Positions 27,697 through 33,130 of a stretch of DNA of 33,130 nucleotides are shown in pieces. How positions within the stretch are numbered: position 1 is the stretch's first letter; every line of letters begins with the position of its first letter. The stretch is from positions 124,001-157,130 of the forward strand of contig JAXGZF010000009.1 of NCBI GenBank assembly GCA_040771865.1. The letters are read 5' to 3'. This DNA is from Desulfobacterales bacterium (GTDB lineage: Bacteria; Desulfobacterota; Desulfobacteria; Desulfobacterales; UBA2245). Below the pieces are notes generated by a model. That model saw nothing but the letters and a program-made list of their open reading frames with translations, had not been told where the DNA came from and searched no databases. A program made the position numbers and the translations under genes.

Positions 27697-29238
27697 ATGG
27701 AGCTGACCGGTTTACAGATTCTTGTCAAGGCCCTTGAGGCCGAGGGCGTGGATACCCTGTTCATGTATTCGGGCGCCCCGGCCGGACGCATTCGCGATGC
27801 GCTGGACCAGAGCGCTATCCGCCGCGTTTCCTGCCGCCATGAGCAGGGCGCCGTGCACGCCGCAGATGGTTACGCCAGGGCCGGCGGAAAACCCGGCGCA
27901 TGCCTGATCGCCGCGGGTTCCAACCCCACCAGCGCCGTCACCGGAATCACGGCCGCCTGCATGGACCACATTCCGATGGTGGTCCTCATCGAGCAGGAAT
28001 CCGGCCCTCCAGAGGGTTTCGACGGTTTTCAGGAGGTCGATATACTGGGAATCGCCCTTTCCTGCGCCAAGCACGCCTACCAGGTCGTTCGTGCCGAAGA
28101 GATTGCTCAGGTCGTTCGGGAGGCCTTTTCGGTGGCCGCCTCCGGCCGTCCGGGACCCGTGTTGATCGACATTTCCAAGGAAGCCGGCATGCAGAAGGCG
28201 GATTATGATCCAGATTCCAGCCCCGCAGGGCGGGAAGGCAAAATCGCCGGACCCGGATCGGCCGAACTTGCCAAGGCCATCGATCTGATCCAAACGGCCA
28301 GGCGTCCGATGCTGTTTGCCGGCGGCGGGGTGATCTCATCCAAAGCCGTCGATGCCTTCCGCGAGTTTGCCCGCAAAACCCGAATTCCCGTCACCGCCTC
28401 GCTGATGGCCATCGGCGTTTTCCCCGCATCCGATCCGCTGTGGCTCGGCATGACCGGCATTCAGGGAATATCACGCGCCCAGTCGGCCGCGGGCAGCTGC
28501 GACCTGCTGATCGCAGTCGGTTTGTGCGGCGACACCCGCGCCATCGGAAAAACCGACGTGTTCACCTCGTCGGCCAAGATCATTCATATCGACGAGGACC
28601 CTAACGCCCTGATGCACGATATTCCCATCGCCCTGCCCCTTGCCGGCGACTGCCGCAAAACCCTGGAAAGCCTGACCCAAATGGCCGAGGAAGATAGGGA
28701 GAAAGCAGCCAGCTGGCTGAATTACCTGAGCCAGTGGAAGATCAAGCCGCCCCCGCCCTTCTTTCCCGAGCCGATCATTCGGCCCAGGCAGGCACTTGAA
28801 GCCCTTTTTGCATCCACCCGGGGCGAGGCCCTGATCTGCACCGGCGCCCGGCGCAACCAGATGTGGATCGCCCAGTACTATCCCTTTGACGCCCCGCACC
28901 TCTTCACCCCGATCGGTCTGGGATGTCCGGGTTTCGGACTTCCGGCCGCCGTCGGTGCGAAGATCGCCCGGCCGGACAAAATTGTCGCCGTGGTGGAGGA
29001 CGCCTCCGGTTTTCAGATCAACGTTCAGGAGCTGGCGACCGCGGTCGAACTCGGCCTGCCCCTGAAAATCATCCTTCTCAACTCCGAAAGGAAAACCCCG
29101 GACCTCATCAAACTGGCCGAGGCCTACGGCATAAACGGTTTCCGGGCGGAAAAGCCGGATCAGATCGAAAGCGCGCTGCAGCAGGCCCTTGCGGTTAAAG
29201 GAAAACCAGCGGTCGTCGAATTCGTCATCACGCCCTGA
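27697..29238 (+). CDS. Acetolactate synthase large subunit (IlvB)-like protein with degenerate active-site motifs
   Basis: RHEQGAVHAADGYAR, FQEVD, SGRPGPVLID, QMWIAQYY, GFGLPAAVGAK, LAEAYG retained; GDG...NN motif altered. Start ATG 27697. Confidence 0.85.
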   Translation: MELTGLQILVKALEAEGVDTLFMYSGAPAGRIRDALDQSAIRRVSCRHEQGAVHAADGYARAGGKPGACLIAAGSNPTSAVTGITAACMDHIPMVVLIEQESGPPEGFDGFQEVDILGIALSCAKHAYQVVRAEEIAQVVREAFSVAASGRPGPVLIDISKEAGMQKADYDPDSSPAGREGKIAGPGSAELAKAIDLIQTARRPMLFAGGGVISSKAVDAFREFARKTRIPVTASLMAIGVFPASDPLWLGMTGIQGISRAQSAAGSCDLLIAVGLCGDTRAIGKTDVFTSSAKIIHIDEDPNALMHDIPIALPLAGDCRKTLESLTQMAEEDREKAASWLNYLSQWKIKPPPPFFPEPIIRPRQALEALFASTRGEALICTGARRNQMWIAQYYPFDAPHLFTPIGLGCPGFGLPAAVGAKIARPDKIVAVVEDASGFQINVQELATAVELGLPLKIILLNSERKTPDLIKLAEAYGINGFRAEKPDQIESALQQALAVKGKPAVVEFVITP

Positions 29239-29250
29239 AGCGAAGGTTTT

Positions 29251-29395
29251 TTTACCACGAAGGGTACGAAGAGTACGAAGGGCTGAAGAACAAAGGCTTC
29301 ATTCCTTTATACCTTCGTGTCCTTCGTGAACTTTGGGGTCCAAGCTCTTTTATTATTCTTCGTGGTTCATAATTCTTTTTTATATTCGTGTCCTC
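29251..29395. repeat. Dispersed repeat family B copy
   Basis: TTTACCACGAAGGGTACGAAGAGTACGAAG ... CTTCATTCC...CCTTCGTGTCCTTCGTGAAC...CAAGCTCTTTTATTATTCTTCGTGGTTCA. Confidence 0.8.
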
Positions 29396-29459
29396 AGATG
29401 CCTCCGGCGAAAGGGTCGGGGTGAGTGGGGCGGAAGCAAAGCTCACGGCCGAAATTCAA

Positions 29460-29488
29460 TTGACACAGAGAACCGCTCTACATATACT
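29460..29488 (+). promoter_or_regulatory. Sigma70 promoter
   Basis: TTGACA-N17-TATACT, about 100 nt upstream of the methyltransferase. Confidence 0.7.
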
Positions 29489-29592
29489 CGCGTCGTGAAA
29501 AAGCGATACCCATTCCCATATTCAGGTTTTTTCGAAGAATTGCCGGAAAAAACAGCCGCCATGGTCAATCCTACCATAACCCGGAGCATCGA

Positions 29593-30363
29593 ATGACCGT
29601 TGCCGAGGACAACCGCTTCCAGGATTTCTTTGAAGACGGGCAATACGTCGCGCTGAAGAACCATCTCTACAATTACCTGCTCAGAAAACGCGCCGTCGAA
29701 AAGGTCATGCAGAATGAAGAAAAGGGCCTCGTCTTAGAGATCGGCAGCGGCATCTCTCCGGTTCTGACCTCCTGGAACCGGGTCGTCTATTCCGATCTGT
29801 CCTTTTCGGCGCTCCGGCATCTGAGCCGCATCCAGGAAAAAGGATATTACGTCGTCGCAGACGGCATGAACCTTCCCTTCAGGGATGCCTCCTTTTCCCA
29901 CGTAATTTCATCCGAGGTTCTGGAACACATCGAGGACGACCGAAGGGCGCTGCGGGAAATAGCCAGAACGATCCGGCCCGGAGGCGCCCTGGTCGTCACC
30001 TTTCCGCACCGCCGTTTCTACTTTTCCATTGACGACCGCTTCGTCAATCACCATCGCCGCTACGAACTTTCCGATATGATATCCCGGCTGCAGGAAGCCG
30101 GTCTGCATCCCGTTTCCGTGCAAAAGGTTCTCGGACCCCTGGAGAAGATCTCAATGATTCTGGTCATCGCAGGCATCTCCATTTTCCAGGGTTCACTGAA
30201 GAAACAGACCCAGGCCTCTCAATCGAACCCCCCTGACATTCTGATCCGTTTTTTCAAATGGGCCAACCGGGTTTTTGCCGGCCTTGCTCGAATCGATGCC
30301 CTCGTCATGCCGCGCTCGCTCTCGACGGTTCTGCTGATCAAGGCTGTCAAAACCGGCTCCTGA
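29593..30363 (+). CDS. Class I SAM-dependent methyltransferase
   Basis: VLEIGSG, ADGMNLPFRDASF, SEVLEHIEDD, RPGG, HHRRY; GGAG RBS. Confidence 0.9.
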   Translation: MTVAEDNRFQDFFEDGQYVALKNHLYNYLLRKRAVEKVMQNEEKGLVLEIGSGISPVLTSWNRVVYSDLSFSALRHLSRIQEKGYYVVADGMNLPFRDASFSHVISSEVLEHIEDDRRALREIARTIRPGGALVVTFPHRRFYFSIDDRFVNHHRRYELSDMISRLQEAGLHPVSVQKVLGPLEKISMILVIAGISIFQGSLKKQTQASQSNPPDILIRFFKWANRVFAGLARIDALVMPRSLSTVLLIKAVKTGS

Positions 30364-30387
30364 TATTTCAAGAACCCGATAAAAAAG

Positions 30388-30460
30388 GCTTTATTCCATT
30401 TAAACTTCGTGAACTTCGTGCCCTTCGTGGTTCAAGCTCTTTTTTTTATTCTTCGTTCAC
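30388..30460. repeat. Dispersed repeat family B, right half
   Basis: GCTTTATTCC...ACTTCGTGAACTTCGTGCCCTTCGTGGTTCAAGCTCTTTT...ATTCTTCGT. Confidence 0.8.
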
Positions 30461-30491
30461 TAAAACATCTTGCGCGTTTTTTTTGGCTGTG

Positions 30492-30516
30492 TTATGAGCA
30501 GTTTAATTACTCGTAA
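30492..30516. promoter_or_regulatory. Candidate palindromic operator
   Basis: TTATGAGCA-N7-TACTCGTAA (7/9 dyad) directly before the regulator RBS. Confidence 0.45.
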
Positions 30517-30526
30517 AGGAGCCGAA

Positions 30527-31081
30527 TTGGACAACCTTTTTTCAGGTCTGATCGCCTCAAAAACAAGGATCAAGCTGCTCGTCCGCTTCTTCTTCAACCC
30601 CATGGCCCGGTCCTATCTCCGGGAGCTGGCCAAGGAGCTGGACGTTTCCACCAACTCGGTCCGCGAGGAACTCAACCAGCTGAGCCGGGCCCAACTGCTC
30701 ACCTCCGAAAAAAGCGGCCGCCAGGTCTACTACGCCGCCAACACCGCGCATCCCCTCTTTCCCGAACTCCGCTCCATGGTCGGCAAGCTCATGGGAATCG
30801 ACCAGGTGATCGACGGCATCGTCAACCGGCTGGGAGAGATGGAAAAGGCTTACCTGATCGACGATTACGCCGAAGGCAGGGATACCGGGATCATCGACCT
30901 GGTGCTGGTGGGAAACATCGACCCGTATCATCTGAACGATCTGAGCAGAAAAACTGAACGATACATCAAGCGCAAGATTCGAACCATGGTCCTGACACGG
31001 CAGGAATTCGAGGCCATGCAGGACCGGTTTAAAAACCGGCCCAAAGTGCTGATCTGGGAATCCCCGAACAGCGCCGGTTGA
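30527..31081 (+). CDS. Winged-helix (ArsR-like) regulator with nucleotidyltransferase-like C-terminal domain
   Basis: SKTRIKLL, YLRELAKEL, SVREELNQL, YYAAN..HPLFPEL; C-terminal DYAEGRDTGIIDLVLVG. TTG start after AAGGAG. Confidence 0.8.
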   Translation: MDNLFSGLIASKTRIKLLVRFFFNPMARSYLRELAKELDVSTNSVREELNQLSRAQLLTSEKSGRQVYYAANTAHPLFPELRSMVGKLMGIDQVIDGIVNRLGEMEKAYLIDDYAEGRDTGIIDLVLVGNIDPYHLNDLSRKTERYIKRKIRTMVLTRQEFEAMQDRFKNRPKVLIWESPNSAG

Positions 31082-31188
31082 GCGGTTTCCGCCGCTTGCG
31101 GCAAACAAATATACTTTAATTTCGAACAGTTGCACAAGATTTTACCGTGTAACTCAAAGGGCGGAGCTGTCTGAAAGGAAAAAATCCG

Positions 31189-32166
31189 ATGAACGTACTG
31201 GTCACAGGCGGCGCGGGGTACATCGGAAGTCATGCCTGCAAGGCCCTGGCGCTGGCGGGCCACACGCCCGTCGCATACGACAACCTGGTCTACGGGCATC
31301 GCCGGGCCGTACTATGGGGTCCACTGGAAACCGGCGACATCAGCGACCGCGAGCGGCTGGACGCGGTCATCGCCCGCTATAAACCTCAGGCGGTCATGCA
31401 CTTTGCCGCCTATGCCTATGTCGGAGAATCTGTTGAAAATCCCGGCAAGTATTACCGCAACAACGTGGCCGGGGCACTGACCCTGCTCGAAGCCATGCGC
31501 GATTCCGGAATCAATCGAATCGTGTTTTCCAGCACCTGCGCCACCTACGGCGTGCCGCGCAAAGTTCCAATCATCGAGGATCATCCTCAAAACCCCATCA
31601 ATCCCTACGGATGCTCCAAGTTCATGGTGGAACAGATGCTGAAGGATTTTCATGCGGCCCATCAAATCAACTCGATCTCGCTTCGGTATTTCAACGCCGC
31701 GGGCGCGGACCCGGACGCAGAGATTGGAGAGGATCATGATCCCGAGACCCACCTGATCCCGCTGGTTCTGGATGCAGCCATGGGCAAACGCCCGGCCATC
31801 ACCGTTTACGGAGAGGACTACGACACGCCAGACGGCACCTGCATTCGGGACTACATTCATGTCAGCGATCTGGCCCAGGCTCATATCCTTGCCCTGGAAA
31901 AGCTTCAGAATGCAAACGGGCGTCATGCCTTCAACCTGGGAAACGGAAACGGATATTCCGTCAAGCAGGTGGTCGATACGGCTCAAAAGATAACCGGACG
32001 CGACATTCAAACGACCATCGGATCGCGCCGGCCCGGCGATCCGGACTCTCTGGTGGGGGATGCATCGCGGATTCAAAAGGAACTGGGCTGGCAGCCCCGG
32101 TTCCCGGATTTAAAAGACATCATCGAAACGGCCTGGAACTGGCACCGAAAACATTTTGCTTCCTGA
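31189..32166 (+). CDS. galE: UDP-glucose 4-epimerase
   Basis: TGGAGYIGSH, HFAA, FSST, YGCSK, LRYFNAAGA, PDGTCIRDYIHV, RRPGD. Confidence 0.95.
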   Translation: MNVLVTGGAGYIGSHACKALALAGHTPVAYDNLVYGHRRAVLWGPLETGDISDRERLDAVIARYKPQAVMHFAAYAYVGESVENPGKYYRNNVAGALTLLEAMRDSGINRIVFSSTCATYGVPRKVPIIEDHPQNPINPYGCSKFMVEQMLKDFHAAHQINSISLRYFNAAGADPDAEIGEDHDPETHLIPLVLDAAMGKRPAITVYGEDYDTPDGTCIRDYIHVSDLAQAHILALEKLQNANGRHAFNLGNGNGYSVKQVVDTAQKITGRDIQTTIGSRRPGDPDSLVGDASRIQKELGWQPRFPDLKDIIETAWNWHRKHFAS

Positions 32167-32213
32167 AGAACTGCCGAACCGTAAAACCATATAAAAAACC
32201 ATTCTTATCTTAT

Positions 32214-32894
32214 ATGAAAAATCTAATCAAAAAGATACCCATCCTTCGCTCTATTGCAAAGTATGTTTACTTCACTTTGATTCAGCCCTTTAAACCATTT
32301 CATGGCTCCGAGGAGTACTGGAAAGAAAGATACAGGTCGGGGCAAACTTCCGGGGATGGCTCTTACCACAAACTGGCCGAATTCAAAGCAGAGGTTCTGA
32401 ATGATTTTGTACGAGGCAAACAAATCAGAACGATTATTGAATACGGCTGCGGGGATGGCAATCAATTGAGATTGTCAGAATATCCATCATATACAGGTTT
32501 TGATGTGAGTCGAGAAGCCATATCGCAATGTGAGAATATCTTCTCCAATGACGCAACAAAAACCTTCAAATTGATGGACGAATATGCAAACGAAACTGCC
32601 GAGCTAACTTTGTCTTTAGACGTCATTTATCATCTTATTGAAGATACTGTTTTCTTTACTTATATGAAAAGGCTTTTTGACTCTTCAACAAGATTTGTGA
32701 TCATTTACTCATCCAACACCGATAAGCAGGCAAGATTGCAAGCGAATCATGTTAGACATCGAAAGTTTTCGAAATGGATAGAACAAAACAAGCCAGAGTG
32801 GAAACTAATAGAACATCTTCCAAACAGATATCCGTATAACGGCGATGAACAAAAGACATCTTTCGCTGATTTATATATATATGAAAATTCCTAA
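32214..32894 (+). CDS. Class I SAM-dependent methyltransferase, AT-rich gene
   Basis: YWKERY..G.TSGDGS, IIEYGCGDGN, YTGFDVS, SLDVIYHL. Confidence 0.8.
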   Translation: MKNLIKKIPILRSIAKYVYFTLIQPFKPFHGSEEYWKERYRSGQTSGDGSYHKLAEFKAEVLNDFVRGKQIRTIIEYGCGDGNQLRLSEYPSYTGFDVSREAISQCENIFSNDATKTFKLMDEYANETAELTLSLDVIYHLIEDTVFFTYMKRLFDSSTRFVIIYSSNTDKQARLQANHVRHRKFSKWIEQNKPEWKLIEHLPNRYPYNGDEQKTSFADLYIYENS

Positions 32895-32916
32895 CAGCCA
32901 TTGAACAAAGCATGCG

Positions 32917-33130
32917 ATGAAACCGACACAAGACTTAAAAACAGTGGTGTACTCTCCGGAATCTTCTATCGCCGGTCCGGTTAAACTCATCGGCGGGATG
33001 TTCCGTGACCTGATGGCCGGACGCGAACTGGCCCGGCAGCTGGCCGTGCGCGACATCCGCGCACAGTACCGCCAGACCGCGCTGGGCCTGCTCTGGGCTT
33101 TCATTCTGCCGCTGGCCCATACCTTCACCT
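32917..33130 (+). CDS. Polysaccharide ABC-2 export permease (Wzm-like), 5' part
   Basis: Not in ORF track. MKPTQDLKTVVYSPESSIAGPVKLIGGMFRDLMAGRELARQLAVRDIRAQYRQTALGLLWAFILPLAHTFT, open to the edge; RDIRAQYRQTALGLLW is Wzm-like. Confidence 0.85.
   Translation, partial: MKPTQDLKTVVYSPESSIAGPVKLIGGMFRDLMAGRELARQLAVRDIRAQYRQTALGLLWAFILPLAHTFT

Noticed and set aside
29408..29432. REP-like GAAAGGGTCGGGGTGAGTGGGG
   Set aside because: Single degenerate half-site with no partner arm or second copy in the window.
31157..31172. ops/JUMPStart element before galE
   Set aside because: GGCGGAGC lacks the T of GGCGGTAG; no JUMPStart context.

Overview
Bacterial chromosomal window, moderately GC-rich in genes with AT-rich spacers. 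Gene content and repeat style suggest Desulfobacterota (inference). In order: partial secreted/membrane protein gene; CHASE4-HAMP-PAS hybrid histidine kinase; a degenerate Rad50/SbcC-like ATPase coupled to a 60-aa ORF with no SbcD; Spy/CpxP-like protein; ADP-forming acyl-CoA synthetase; maeB; TetR + ArnT/PMT-like + GT2 glycosylation genes; YkgJ and stand-alone cNMP-domain proteins; meaB with a split B12 acyl-CoA mutase; an orphan gene; a five-gene LolA-like/LolCDE-like/outer-membrane operon; an acetolactate synthase (IlvB)-like gene; a methyltransferase; and the start of a surface-polysaccharide locus (wHTH regulator, galE, methyltransferase, wzm). Highlights: (1) an unannotated 28-aa Ile/Leu/Val-rich leader with a complete antiterminator/terminator, in front of an IlvB homologue whose ThDP and substrate motifs are systematically degenerate although the ORF is intact; (2) a 293-bp element with ungapped 108-bp imperfect inverted repeats around an internally deleted Y1/RAYT-like transposase, with an ATTTTGGGGTCG array at one end; (3) the orphan Rad50-like two-gene module; (4) two dense dispersed repeat families. 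No rRNA, tRNA or CRISPR array was seen. Family assignments are from motif recognition, not database searches.
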